From a virus, in IMG/VR virus record IMGVR_UViG_3300037264_004923, positions 1 through 64,000 of that record: a stretch of 64,000 nucleotides of DNA; one strand, 5' to 3'. Both the position numbers and the translations under genes were made by a program. The notes under the pieces were generated by a model that was not told where the DNA came from, did not search any database, and saw only the letters and a program-made list of their open reading frames with translations. Positions 15,944-26,312 of this stretch are shown here, one piece after another; the stretch's first letter is position 1; each line of letters opens with the position of its first letter.

Positions 15944-18900
15944 TTGCTGATTCCTAACTTCCCTTCGTTCCTTCAGGAAACTGCTAAGGAACACCTCCGT
16001 CGATTCAACAGCCGTATGAAGGCAGGCGGTCGCGCCCTAGACATGGCCGTCCAAGTTCGTCAGGACGAGGTGAACACCTTCCTGACTTTTCGCAGTGCCC
16101 GCCAAGGTTCTCTGAACGGTGAAACCGGAACGCTTGTCGTTCCTCGCCCTCGGAAGAACGAGTTTGGCAACTGGGTCATCGGCGATCGGAACGATCGTGC
16201 GCTGTGCCCCCTCATGATCGTGCTGAACGGACAGCCGCAACACGTGACTTACGAGGGGATGATCGGCACTCTCCTCTCTTCCAACGTCGAAGAGCTCTTC
16301 CCCGATCAGGGCAAGCGCAACTATTTCGACAAGATCCTGTGGGCCTTTTCCAAGGGGCGGGGTCGTCTCGCAGTTGGTATGTGTCAGCGGTTTCTGAACC
16401 AGACTATCTTCAACTCGCTTCCTCTCAGCGGCACCTCGATGCAGGATTGGGCGATGAATCATCGTCTGATGATCTTCGATCCGATCTTCGAGACTCTTCG
16501 CCCCGAAGAAAAGCTGGCGTATCAGAAGCGGAAGAATGAGCTGCTCTTCCCGTGGTCGTCCATCGGTCTGTCTGACGGTGCGGCGGCGGTGAAGAACTAC
16601 ATCCTCCAAGCGGACCTTCGCAAGTATACGGCATTCGGTAACCGGCATCACAATCCGATCCGCAATCTGTACTCCACGCTTGGCATGAAGGGAGAGGAGA
16701 AGCCTTTGGTCATCTCCAAGTCCATGTCGGGCTTGGAGGAGCAGGGGATCAGCCGCGGTGGTTGGAACTGGATGACCGTGTTCCTGGACCTGCCGTTGAA
16801 CTTCGAGGATCAGATCCTCGTTTCGCGCCGGCACGCTGGGAAGAAGGTGACGGACCATCGGAGCTTCATCGTGTTCGGCGAGGAATCGGCGGCTCTTGGG
16901 GATAACATCCTCAAGGATCGCGTCCTCGGCATGAACGAAGACGAGACACCTGTCGTGTTCGACATCGATTGTGACCACGCCAAGGTGATCGAGATCAAGG
17001 ACGGGGTTGTTCCGTTCGATGGCAATGATCAGCCGGTTCGTATCGTGACGCTCGAAGTGGTCTATTCCTTCAAGGAAGGATTCAAGATCACCAACCAGCA
17101 CGGCAATAAGGGCATCGTCATCTTGGAAGACCTAGGAACGGTTCACGATCCGAAGCGGGGTGAAATCCCGATCGACGTGATCGTTTCGGCTCGCTCGGTC
17201 CAGAAGCGCAAGAATTTCGGACAGATCTTGGAGGCCCTGGCCACTATGATCCACGGTACCGAAAAGCGCTTCATCGTTCCTGACGACATTGAGGTGTCCC
17301 AAGAACAGGTGGAGAAGTCTCTCGTGAGTGCGGGCTATTCCAAGGAGGGATCCTCGAAGGTATCCACTTCGTGGGGTGAGTTCGACACGCTCTGCGGCTG
17401 GATCCACTGGGGTGTCACCAAAACCCCCGAAGAACAGTTGTGGGAGAAGCGAGACACTTGGACGGAGAACCAGCGTGGACTTCGTACTCGAGGCAACAAG
17501 CTCTCGACCGTGGAACTCAAGGCGCTGACGACTCTGTTCGGCGCTGGTTCCAAGGTGGTGGGAGAGATCCTCTCCTACCAACAGGGACTCGGTGAAGTCC
17601 AGGAGTTGCTCCAGATCCTCGATAGCCTGCGCGGGAACGTTCGGGAAGAACTTCCTGTCGTGAACCCCGAGTCTTTCGTATACATCCCCACCGGTATGGG
17701 CACTTTCCATTCCATGGACGGTCTGGCTGGTACGCTGGCCGACGAGCATATGTATCCGCAGGGTTGCTACCTCCAACTACCCATAACTCTCCGCATGGAG
17801 GTTCCTCTGGAACGTTGGAAGAACCCCATCCGAGAAGGCATCGTGGGTGAAGAGAATGCGTACGGAAGCGAGGACTGCAAGGTGTACGAGGTCGATCGTC
17901 TCTTGATTCCGAGCTTCTCCCTTCGACAGCCGTGGCGACATCCGACTGGCAAGTTTGGCCTGTCCGAAGTGACCACGGTTCTGAACCAAGTCTTGGAGAA
18001 CATCGATCTGCTTCAGCGCGGGGAGATCAAGCCCGCCCAGCTTTCTGCCCTCATCTACAAGTATCTACACAACATTGGTCAGGGTCTCTCTACCAAGAGT
18101 GGAAAGATCAGCTCCTATCTCATGTCTGTCCGGTATCCGCACTCCTCGAAGGCGACCGCTGTTCTGGGTCGCAATCTGGAGGCGAACTGGGTGGAGATCC
18201 ACAAGGACATGGCAAAGGATCTGAGCGTCCAGACAGGAGACTACGTCTTGGTAGAGCGCTTTCCATGCCTCGGTTTCATGTCCGTACGCATCCAACGTGT
18301 GCGGGTGACCGATGATGTGGAGTGCAAGTACGTGATCCGGGTCAGCGGTAACTCGCTGGTCTCCATGAACTTGGACTTCGACGGAGACGTGATCTATGTG
18401 ATGAGCTTCCATACGGAAGCAGCCAAGGAAGAACTGCAGGCCAATTTCCACAATCCTCACCCGAGGATCAAGGAGGTTCTGGATACGATGAACGGGAAGA
18501 AGGTTCCCATCACGCGTTCCATGAACCTTCAGGAGATGGACCTGAAGAGCTTCGCACCGCTGACCCCCGAGGAACACGCAGATCTGAACGAGATCTCTCT
18601 TGCAGTCAAGCTGTATACGGGTCCTGTCATCGCTCTCTGCTACAACCTGATGCGTATTGCCGAAGGAAGCTTCAGCTACCAAGATCGTGAAGCCCACATC
18701 AATATCGAGGTCTTCCTCGATAAGGTCGGGAACTCGGTCTTCTCGCAGAAGCACGGTATTCGAAGCCTCAGGGAAGAGTGTACGGAGGCGGTGTGTCTTG
18801 CGGATCTGCAGGCAATGGTGAAGCTGGGATTCCCCGAGAAGGAATCCGCGAAGTTGTGCCAAGCCGTTCGAACTGCGGCTGCAAAGCTGGGAGTTCGGAA

Positions 18901-19129
18901 CGATGCAGAGCTAAAGGCTCACTACGAAAGGCACATCAAGGAAGGTCGCTCGAGCATCATCAATGCTATCGTTCGCCGTTTCCACAAGGCGTATTTTGCC
19001 ACCCGATCCAACCTGCATTCCTTGGATCTTCTGGAGCATCTCGATTCCAAGCCTAATGACTTGGCGTCGTTCTTGATCCAAGAGAGCCTTCGCAAGGTAC
19101 GGACTGCGCCCGCGGTTGCTGTAGCGTAA
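15944..19129 (+). CDS. Single-polypeptide two-barrel RNA polymerase (beta and beta' motifs fused)
   Basis: beta-type motifs NFEDQILVS, KITNQHGNKG, PIDVIVS..SV.KRKNFGQILE, RGNKLSTVE, followed by beta'-type VLVERFPCL and catalytic NLDFDGD. Confidence 0.9.
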   Translation: MLIPNFPSFLQETAKEHLRRFNSRMKAGGRALDMAVQVRQDEVNTFLTFRSARQGSLNGETGTLVVPRPRKNEFGNWVIGDRNDRALCPLMIVLNGQPQHVTYEGMIGTLLSSNVEELFPDQGKRNYFDKILWAFSKGRGRLAVGMCQRFLNQTIFNSLPLSGTSMQDWAMNHRLMIFDPIFETLRPEEKLAYQKRKNELLFPWSSIGLSDGAAAVKNYILQADLRKYTAFGNRHHNPIRNLYSTLGMKGEEKPLVISKSMSGLEEQGISRGGWNWMTVFLDLPLNFEDQILVSRRHAGKKVTDHRSFIVFGEESAALGDNILKDRVLGMNEDETPVVFDIDCDHAKVIEIKDGVVPFDGNDQPVRIVTLEVVYSFKEGFKITNQHGNKGIVILEDLGTVHDPKRGEIPIDVIVSARSVQKRKNFGQILEALATMIHGTEKRFIVPDDIEVSQEQVEKSLVSAGYSKEGSSKVSTSWGEFDTLCGWIHWGVTKTPEEQLWEKRDTWTENQRGLRTRGNKLSTVELKALTTLFGAGSKVVGEILSYQQGLGEVQELLQILDSLRGNVREELPVVNPESFVYIPTGMGTFHSMDGLAGTLADEHMYPQGCYLQLPITLRMEVPLERWKNPIREGIVGEENAYGSEDCKVYEVDRLLIPSFSLRQPWRHPTGKFGLSEVTTVLNQVLENIDLLQRGEIKPAQLSALIYKYLHNIGQGLSTKSGKISSYLMSVRYPHSSKATAVLGRNLEANWVEIHKDMAKDLSVQTGDYVLVERFPCLGFMSVRIQRVRVTDDVECKYVIRVSGNSLVSMNLDFDGDVIYVMSFHTEAAKEELQANFHNPHPRIKEVLDTMNGKKVPITRSMNLQEMDLKSFAPLTPEEHADLNEISLAVKLYTGPVIALCYNLMRIAEGSFSYQDREAHINIEVFLDKVGNSVFSQKHGIRSLREECTEAVCLADLQAMVKLGFPEKESAKLCQAVRTAAAKLGVRNDAELKAHYERHIKEGRSSIINAIVRRFHKAYFATRSNLHSLDLLEHLDSKPNDLASFLIQESLRKVRTAPAVAVA

Positions 19130-19134
19130 CAACA

Positions 19135-19177
19135 GGGGGGAGGGAGGGGGTACTCCTCTCCTTCCTCCTTTTTCTTT
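19135..19177 (+). terminator. Rho-independent terminator after the RNA polymerase
   Basis: G-rich/C-rich stem followed by TTTTTCTTT. Confidence 0.7.
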
Positions 19178-19185
19178 GGGAGATT

Positions 19186-19695
19186 TTGAGTATGCACCTT
19201 TACCCCGTCCCCAAGAACACATACGTGAATAGTCTGTTCATACAGCACGGGTGTGATAAGGAAACCCGAGACCTTTTGTGTAAGTTGCCCCTCAAAGAGC
19301 TGGATATTCTGGTGAAGCACACAGATATCTTGGGGCGGGTGAAGAACATTGCCAAGATGTCATATTTTCATCTCGAGCACCTCGTGACGTCCCAGTATGG
19401 CCTCAAGGTTGACGCCTGGGGGAGCGGTGATTATTACCTCGGCGTGACCGGCATCGACGACAGAGCCCCAAGCTGGTGGCACAGTGATCACGTTGGCTGG
19501 ATATTCCATTTAGGAGACACCCCCCAGTTCACGGCATGGGCTAGGGACTTTCTGATGCAGGAGGTTCGTATCAACATTTGGATGAGATACCTTGAATACA
19601 AGAGGACCGAATTGAAGTCTAAGCCGTTGGAGGTCGATCCAGCCGATATCCCGGCTGCTACGGCTGACCTCGGGCACTTCGGTTCATTCCTGTAG
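19186..19695 (+). CDS. Hypothetical protein
   Basis: 169 aa ORF on the coding strand. Confidence 0.6.
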   Translation: MSMHLYPVPKNTYVNSLFIQHGCDKETRDLLCKLPLKELDILVKHTDILGRVKNIAKMSYFHLEHLVTSQYGLKVDAWGSGDYYLGVTGIDDRAPSWWHSDHVGWIFHLGDTPQFTAWARDFLMQEVRINIWMRYLEYKRTELKSKPLEVDPADIPAATADLGHFGSFL

Positions 19696-19702
19696 GAAGA
19701 TC

Positions 19703-20050
19703 ATGTCGTACGCGAACAACTATCAGTGCTGTGGAAATCTGACCTCCGAGCCCATTTTGAATGAGCACGGAGGACAGCCCTACACGAAGTTCGTGGTGGC
19801 ACTGAACAAGCCAGGGCAGAAGAAACCCACCTATATAGACTGCATAGTTTGGGGAGATCTGTCCTTACGGGTAGTTGATCACTGTACCAGAGGTACCGAG
19901 GTCTTTCTATCGGGGGAAATCGAGACCAGCAACTACATGGACGCCAGAGGTTCACACCACAAGTCCACGTCGCTACGGGTCGAGAAATTCTCCATCACAA
20001 AGAGGGGAAGGGGAGAGGCAGAGGTGCAGCTACCCAAACCCCCAGTATAG
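19703..20050 (+). CDS. ssb: Single-stranded DNA-binding protein
   Basis: GNLTSEP, F.VALN, YIDCIVWG, RGTEVFLSGEIET OB-fold motifs; no acidic C-terminal tail. Confidence 0.9.
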   Translation: MSYANNYQCCGNLTSEPILNEHGGQPYTKFVVALNKPGQKKPTYIDCIVWGDLSLRVVDHCTRGTEVFLSGEIETSNYMDARGSHHKSTSLRVEKFSITKRGRGEAEVQLPKPPV

Positions 20051-20096
20051 CAAAGAAGAGGAAATCTTCTCTATCATGTATCATAAGGAGGCGTAT

Positions 20097-20624
20097 ATGC
20101 CGTTCACAGTTAAGGAGTATCCTGGTCAGCGTTTTGAAACCATCGATGAGTATACGGAGGCAAAGAGGCGCAGAATTTCTGTAGAGAAGAGCCTCGAAGC
20201 CCGAGCTATGGAACCTGAGCCGGAGGAGCTAACAAGGGTTACAGCCACTGTGTTACCCGCACCCCCGCGCGTCGTAGAAACGAAGCTGGTAGAACTCGAA
20301 AGAGAAGTGGCAAGACTCAGCACCACAATCAGTCGGATGCTAGAGAGTCCAAAAGAAGAAAAGCGTGAGTTGGAAACTGGCAAGGTCCTACACGGAGAAA
20401 GCCAAGGTAGAAAGTTCACGGTGGAGGTACTGGAAAACGGGTACCTTTGCAGCGACGGAAAGATTTACGAAAGCCTGTCTGGAGCAGCTCTCGGGGTATC
20501 CGGGAACCGTAGGTCGGGTTGGAAGTTTTGGAAAGATGCAACAGGGACTCCTATCGGAGTTGTGATAGGGAGATTTTCCGACCATGCCGATGGTGTCGGT
20601 AACCGAGAAACCACGCACATGTAA
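20097..20624 (+). CDS. DUF2924-like DNA-binding protein with N-terminal coiled coil
   Basis: C-terminal GYLCSDGKIYESLSGAALGVSGNRRSGWKFW; AAGGAGG RBS. Confidence 0.7.
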   Translation: MPFTVKEYPGQRFETIDEYTEAKRRRISVEKSLEARAMEPEPEELTRVTATVLPAPPRVVETKLVELEREVARLSTTISRMLESPKEEKRELETGKVLHGESQGRKFTVEVLENGYLCSDGKIYESLSGAALGVSGNRRSGWKFWKDATGTPIGVVIGRFSDHADGVGNRETTHM

Positions 20625-21234
20625 GCTCTGCCAGTCCCCCAAGGTGGGCGCGACCACTGATTTCACGATGGGTGGTGGGCAGACATTTATTTGCCACGAA
20701 TGTGGCGGCTATATGATTCTAGACAACAAGCACGTCTCCAACAACTATCGCAAGTGTGAGCACTGCGAGACCGTGGGAGAGATCACCACCGATGGCGGTG
20801 AAGAATGGTGTGGTTCCTGCGGTCTCGATCCCAGTGAAGAAATTGATACCTATCGCCTCAGCGTCCTCTGGAAGGAAGGATCGGAAATCCGCCGGATCAT
20901 GAATGAGGGTAAGTCCGGACTGGGTGCCGGAAAATCGGTCGGGGATTTTCTGAGAAACTTCTGCGGTCCTCACTGTAACTTTGCAGACAAGTGCGATCAG
21001 ACAGTGAAGAACCTCGTTGTTTGCCACAAGGAGTATAAGCTCAACGAGAGCGAGAGTGAGATGTCAAAGAAAAGTAGAGAGAGACGCAAAGAAGAACGCG
21101 CGCGAGCGCGGCCGAATACCTATAAAGAAAAGCCAAAACAGACGATGGTACAGTGTGCCAAGTCTGGTTGGTTCGAGAGACATATCGTAAATGGAACTTA
21201 TCATACGAAACAAAGTGGAGATAAGGAATCCTGA
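20584..21234 (+). CDS. Multi-CxxC zinc-finger protein
   Basis: CKLC, CHEC, CEHC, CGSC and a further Cys cluster. Confidence 0.65.
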   Translation: MPMVSVTEKPRTCKLCQSPKVGATTDFTMGGGQTFICHECGGYMILDNKHVSNNYRKCEHCETVGEITTDGGEEWCGSCGLDPSEEIDTYRLSVLWKEGSEIRRIMNEGKSGLGAGKSVGDFLRNFCGPHCNFADKCDQTVKNLVVCHKEYKLNESESEMSKKSRERRKEERARARPNTYKEKPKQTMVQCAKSGWFERHIVNGTYHTKQSGDKES

Positions 21235-22624
21235 TCAGGAGCTCCGAGAGTACCTGAAAGAGATTCTGACCCTCCTAAATCCGGAATGGCTGGACGCCCA
21301 GACTTTCGGCCGCTGGACCGGAAACATTCCCAAGTTCCTGTATCAATATCAGGAAGTTGGAGACTCTATCATTGTGCCTCGAGGCCGGCTGATACACATC
21401 CGAGAAGACCTAGGACGTGAATGGGTTATTCGAGATGAACGTGTAGCCCCAGAAGCTGAGAAGCTCTGGCCCGAAGGCAATATAATTTTACGACCCGGTG
21501 ATCAAGAACCCGCGGTCCAAGAACTACTTTCATTCGACAATGGCTACCTCTCTGCCCCAGCGGGTTGTGGCAAAACGGTCCTAGGATTGGAAGCCATTCG
21601 GAGATTGGGTCTAAAAGCCTTGTGGCTAACCCACCGGTTAGAGCTAAAGGACCAGGTTCTCGAGGTAGCAGTACGACTGCTGGAAATCCCTGAACAAGAC
21701 ATAGGCATCCTTCACGGAAAAACCTGGAAGATCGGGGAACAGCTGACTATCGGGATGGTCCCTACCCTACGCAAAAGAGATCTGACAGACATTAGTAAGG
21801 AGTTCGGGGTAGTGGTAGTGGACGAAGCCCATCACGTACCTAGCACCACCTTCCTTCACGTTCTGGATAAGTTCTGGGCTAAACACCTATACGGACTTAC
21901 AGCGACCGCCTATCGAAGAGACAAGCTCGACGAGGTAATGTTCAACGCTATTGGTCCAATTGTAGCGAAGATCGAGCATGTTGAACTCTTTGAGGATGAG
22001 AATCTCATCAAGCCTACCATTAGAAGGCGCATGACAGGTTGGAGCCCTCCTAATTCCCATCTCTTAGAGTATAGTGATTTCATGGAGAAGATGGTTTCTG
22101 ATCCCCGCCGAAATAATTTGATAGTACAGGACGTTGTTCGTGAGTGTGTACCAGGAAACACCTGTGTCGTGCTCGTAAAGAGAACCAAGCACGCGGAAGT
22201 CCTGACGAAGCTTCTACAAGATAGCGGAACCCGTTGCGAGTACGTGGTCGGCTCCCTTGATGTGGAATCCCAAGACGACGACGGGGTGATCCAACGCAAG
22301 AAGAAAAGCCTTCCCAAGGAGTTGCGGAACCAGATAGTATCCGACTTTAAGGAGGGACGCATCCAAGTTCTTGTGGCCACCTATGATCTTTTGGCCGAAG
22401 GGTTCGATTATCGACCACTGAATAGGCTCTTCATGGCGACCCCTATCAAGTGGAAAGGAACAGTGGTTCAATCCATCGGCAGGATTCAGCGACCGGCGGA
22501 GGGCAAGCACGAAGCCATCGTCTACGACTACGTAGATGAGTCCATCGATATGTTTGCCCGTCAAGCAGAATCCAGACTTTTCAGGGTATATGGGCCTATG
22601 GGAATGAAGGTAGAAGATACCTAA
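21191..22624 (+). CDS. Superfamily 2 DExH helicase (UvsW/XPB-like)
   Basis: APAGCGKT, DEAHH, LTAT, EGFD, QSIGRIQR. Confidence 0.95.
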   Translation: MELIIRNKVEIRNPDQELREYLKEILTLLNPEWLDAQTFGRWTGNIPKFLYQYQEVGDSIIVPRGRLIHIREDLGREWVIRDERVAPEAEKLWPEGNIILRPGDQEPAVQELLSFDNGYLSAPAGCGKTVLGLEAIRRLGLKALWLTHRLELKDQVLEVAVRLLEIPEQDIGILHGKTWKIGEQLTIGMVPTLRKRDLTDISKEFGVVVVDEAHHVPSTTFLHVLDKFWAKHLYGLTATAYRRDKLDEVMFNAIGPIVAKIEHVELFEDENLIKPTIRRRMTGWSPPNSHLLEYSDFMEKMVSDPRRNNLIVQDVVRECVPGNTCVVLVKRTKHAEVLTKLLQDSGTRCEYVVGSLDVESQDDDGVIQRKKKSLPKELRNQIVSDFKEGRIQVLVATYDLLAEGFDYRPLNRLFMATPIKWKGTVVQSIGRIQRPAEGKHEAIVYDYVDESIDMFARQAESRLFRVYGPMGMKVEDT

Positions 22625-22631
22625 AAAGGAA

Positions 22632-23738
22632 ATGTACATGGAGTTTGACATTGTGCCGTCCTTGATCGTAAAGCCCGGGGAGATCAGCCTTCCCCAAGAA
22701 TTACGACAGGATTTGGGCGTATTGATTGGTCAGTTTCTCCAGATCAAAAGCGGAGAAGTCGAGTTCATTCTGCAGATTATAGCTCCTCTCGGACCAGAGC
22801 AAGGGTCCGCGTGCATTTCGAGCTCCGAGTACCCTCAGCTCAAAAGTAAGGATGTCGAATACAAGATACTGGAGGTAACTCTGGGATGCGACCCAGAATT
22901 CTTTATCTTGTGGAACCACAAGAGAGTAGTAGCAGCCACCTACTTACCCTTCGTGGGACAGATCGGCTGTGATGGAGAGCTCGGAGAGCTTCGCCCGACC
23001 TACGGAAAGCACGAGAGCCAAGTGGTGGCAACCCTAGCGAGCCTCATCTCTCAGATTCCTAGTAAGATGAAGCGAGAGGCGTGGGCTCACGGATATCCAG
23101 AAAGAGGCGATCAATTCTCCTACGAGGCACATTCGTATCTGGGAGGAGTTGCCGCAGGGTTCCATGTTCATATGGGTATTCCGCCCGAAATTCTGAATAC
23201 CCGAAGAGATTTCAACCGGGCAGCAATGAATCACATTGTGCAATGCTTGGACTGGTACGTGTCCGTTCCACTGATTCCTCTGGAGGCAAATCATAGTCGC
23301 CGACTCGGGAAATCGAACTACGGAAGACCTGGGGATTACAGACCCTCCAACGTGACTTTGGAGTACAGAACTCCAGGTGCGTTCTATCTTCGGACGCCGA
23401 TTCTGGCAGCAGGACTGCTGGGAATGTCTCTTCTAGTGGTGGAGAATCTGGTAAGCCGGTTGAAGATAGCCAGCAAGAACTTCGTGAATCTACATAAGCT
23501 CACGGCTGCAGACTTCCATGAGATTATGCCCAAGCCGGAGCCCGACGAGATCAAGGGTGTCCTTCTAAATGAGAATACCAACCTGTCAAGATTCGCGATG
23601 GAGGGCATAAGGAAGCAGCTCGAGGCCTTACCTTCTTTCGGTAAGCACCGAGCGGCAGTAGAGGATTTCTTCAGCGTAGTGGATAAACAAGAGCAGCCAA
23701 GACCAAACCTACTGATGAACTGGAAGGAAGAGAAGTGA
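22632..23738 (+). CDS. phiEco32-like COOH-NH2 ligase type 2
   Basis: LGCDPEF, GCDG..GELRP, GFHVHMG, RR...YG.PGDYR, LEYRT. Confidence 0.85.
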   Translation: MYMEFDIVPSLIVKPGEISLPQELRQDLGVLIGQFLQIKSGEVEFILQIIAPLGPEQGSACISSSEYPQLKSKDVEYKILEVTLGCDPEFFILWNHKRVVAATYLPFVGQIGCDGELGELRPTYGKHESQVVATLASLISQIPSKMKREAWAHGYPERGDQFSYEAHSYLGGVAAGFHVHMGIPPEILNTRRDFNRAAMNHIVQCLDWYVSVPLIPLEANHSRRLGKSNYGRPGDYRPSNVTLEYRTPGAFYLRTPILAAGLLGMSLLVVENLVSRLKIASKNFVNLHKLTAADFHEIMPKPEPDEIKGVLLNENTNLSRFAMEGIRKQLEALPSFGKHRAAVEDFFSVVDKQEQPRPNLLMNWKEEK

Positions 23739-25441
23739 CGATCAAAGCAAAGCGTCGCGGATTCGTCAAGTTTCAGCAGAAGTCACAGCGGCCGCCTCTG
23801 TCCCGCGAGAAGTTCGAGTACTGGATGGATATGCTGCCGAAGATCCTGAAGGTCGGTACCGAGTTCGAGATCAATCTCCCGGATACCAGCCAAATACTGC
23901 AGGTGAAGGAAGAGACCCCCTGTCTACACGCCACTGTACCGGCAACCGCAGAGTGTGCCAAGGATTGCTCTAACCTCGAGGAATGCCTTGTCGAGCGTCA
24001 CCCCGCCTTCTGTCTCACGAAGAGCAGCGGGAAGTTTCTGGACAAGGATTTCCAGTGCCCAGCCAAGAGTGAGTCGGATACGGAATCTTGCCGCGCCTGC
24101 CCGGCGTGGATGCTGAACTGCATGGGCATGCGTTGCGCGATGTATTCTCCGGCGTGCTCTGTGTGCCCCTCCTTCCTAAGGAAGGGAGAAGTCATCGAGG
24201 CCGGCAACATTCGCAGAGATGCTGAAACCATTCGGCGTGAAGTAAAGGACATCCTTCAGCCGACCGGGTTCGTAGGAGAGACAGGCAGCCACGGGGCCCT
24301 CGAAGTCAAGAAGGACAACTCGCTGATCAACAACGGAGGTATAGAAGTCCCCACCGTTGGTCGACGGGTGCATTGGAACAGCTTCTACAAGATGTGCCAA
24401 GACATCCTTACGCCGATCGTCGAGAGAGGTGGCTTCGTGAATGAGCGGTGTGGTCAGCACTATCACGTTCTCGCTGGGTACTTCGACGAGCAGTCGGGTA
24501 TACGCGGAAGATACGTGTCCGAGATGGAAGAGCCTCTGCCCGAGATCATCCTCGCGAATCTGCATCAACTGCATCGTCGGTATCAGCTGGCAATGTATTG
24601 GATCATGAGCGCCGGCACTGTCCCCGAACACCTGACGCGCTGGGCCAAGTTCCGACAGTCAATCTACAAGTTCAGTGCCCTGAGAAATCCGATGTCTCGA
24701 GTGCAGGCAGAACTAGCTGAGCACATTGTGTCCATGAACAACGGTCAGAAAGGCAAGTACGCCTCCGTGGCGTATCACTTCTGCAAGTTCAATCCGGAAG
24801 GAAACGTCACTACCTTCCATATCGAGAACCGGATCGCTGATGGAACCCTGTCGGCTGCAGTGGCCAGTGCTTGGGGGATGCTTTGCTACGCCCTCGTCCT
24901 GAAGGCCGTTCGTCTATCCCAGTATGGTACGATGGAAGCCGGAGACGTAGAGTACAACGAGAAGGTAAAGCTCATTCAGCCTCATCTCATAGATGGTGGG
25001 CAACGGGACTGGGGTTCGGACAGGAACGCCAACACCGCGGGGCTCGCCCCATTCATTCCGTGGCTGCGGGAGAACACAGTGGAGCTCATCAACTTCCTAA
25101 AGCCTGAGCTCCATGGTCTTGGTCCGGCGTACGAAATTCTGATGTCTCTCGCGAACCGTCCGTGTTCAGCAAGGTTGATCAACGGAGACAGCTGGCAGAA
25201 GATCGAGGCCGACCTCATGAAAGAAGCGGGATTCAAGAGAAACCGTGGCTCGGAAGATGACATTCGAGAAGTTGTGGATCTGGCCGGCATTGTGGATTGC
25301 GAAAGCGTTGCTGCTTGGATCGAGGAAGTTTCGGCACATCTGGGACAGTCTCCCGCCGTAGTAACTGATGTTGTTTCCCAAATGACCCGATCGGGTCGGT
25401 ATCGATGGAGCCAACCCATCGGTGCTCTGATCACTACATAG
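23735..25441 (+). CDS. Putative amidoligase (glutamine synthetase-like fold) with Cys-rich insert
   Basis: VGTEFEI, KKDNSL..GGIEV, VNERCGQHYHV, IENRIADGT; 12-Cys insert after the first motif. Confidence 0.75.
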   Translation: MTIKAKRRGFVKFQQKSQRPPLSREKFEYWMDMLPKILKVGTEFEINLPDTSQILQVKEETPCLHATVPATAECAKDCSNLEECLVERHPAFCLTKSSGKFLDKDFQCPAKSESDTESCRACPAWMLNCMGMRCAMYSPACSVCPSFLRKGEVIEAGNIRRDAETIRREVKDILQPTGFVGETGSHGALEVKKDNSLINNGGIEVPTVGRRVHWNSFYKMCQDILTPIVERGGFVNERCGQHYHVLAGYFDEQSGIRGRYVSEMEEPLPEIILANLHQLHRRYQLAMYWIMSAGTVPEHLTRWAKFRQSIYKFSALRNPMSRVQAELAEHIVSMNNGQKGKYASVAYHFCKFNPEGNVTTFHIENRIADGTLSAAVASAWGMLCYALVLKAVRLSQYGTMEAGDVEYNEKVKLIQPHLIDGGQRDWGSDRNANTAGLAPFIPWLRENTVELINFLKPELHGLGPAYEILMSLANRPCSARLINGDSWQKIEADLMKEAGFKRNRGSEDDIREVVDLAGIVDCESVAAWIEEVSAHLGQSPAVVTDVVSQMTRSGRYRWSQPIGALITT

Positions 25442-25451
25442 GAGAAAAGAG

Positions 25452-26300
25452 ATGTGCGGTATTGCCACCATCTCGATCGGTCGCCGGAACCGCGATCGAA
25501 TTCCTTACGACAAGCTTCGTGCCCTCGTGCGAGAGCTCATGGTCGAGCTTCAACCCCGAGGCAACGACGCGTCAGGAATCGCCATCATAAACGCTCTCGG
25601 AACGACGCCAAGTAGCGTCTACAAGAAGGCGTTGAGACCGGATCGGTTCGTGGTTCGGCCTGCGTTCGAAGACTCCCTGAAGAAGATCGGACCAGAGACC
25701 AACTTCGTTCTTTTGCACGCCAGAGCGGCCACCGTCAGCGGCACAGAGAACAACTACAACAACCACCCCATTCTGATCCCGAACTTCGTAGGGATCCACA
25801 ACGGGACCCTGTACAACGAGGACGGGTTGTTCAAGGAGTTCGAGGAATACTTTCCTCGTGAAGGACAAGTGGATTCGGAAATCATCTTCCGGTTGTTCTC
25901 CCACTTCGTGAGCAAGGGTGTGGGTTCCCAGAAGGCCCTGAAAGAAACCGCGGAGTTGCTCAACGGAGCTTTCACAGGGGCGGTGGTGGATTGGAGAAGG
26001 CCACACGAAATGGTCATGTTCAAGCATGACCGGGCGTTGTGCCTAGTCCGCATTCCATACTACGACGTGGTCATCGCAGTCTCGGAATCGAAGTTCTATC
26101 AGCGCGCAGCGACACGACTGCGCATGAAGGTCAAGGCCTCCCATCAGTACGTGTTGGACGGCGTTGGCCTGATTATGAACTTGGAATCCGAGAAGCCGCT
26201 AGTTGACAACCTAGTTGATTTCGACATTCCAGTGAAGAGGTTCACCAGCATGGGGAGTCAGTATGGCAGCTACTATAGCCCACGGTCCTACGTCGGATAA
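25452..26300 (+). CDS. Class II (Ntn) glutamine amidotransferase
   Basis: N-terminal MCGI, RGNDASG, HARAAT, NNHP, HNGT, VDSE. Confidence 0.92.
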   Translation: MCGIATISIGRRNRDRIPYDKLRALVRELMVELQPRGNDASGIAIINALGTTPSSVYKKALRPDRFVVRPAFEDSLKKIGPETNFVLLHARAATVSGTENNYNNHPILIPNFVGIHNGTLYNEDGLFKEFEEYFPREGQVDSEIIFRLFSHFVSKGVGSQKALKETAELLNGAFTGAVVDWRRPHEMVMFKHDRALCLVRIPYYDVVIAVSESKFYQRAATRLRMKVKASHQYVLDGVGLIMNLESEKPLVDNLVDFDIPVKRFTSMGSQYGSYYSPRSYVG

Positions 26301-26312
26301 GGAACAGCAAGC

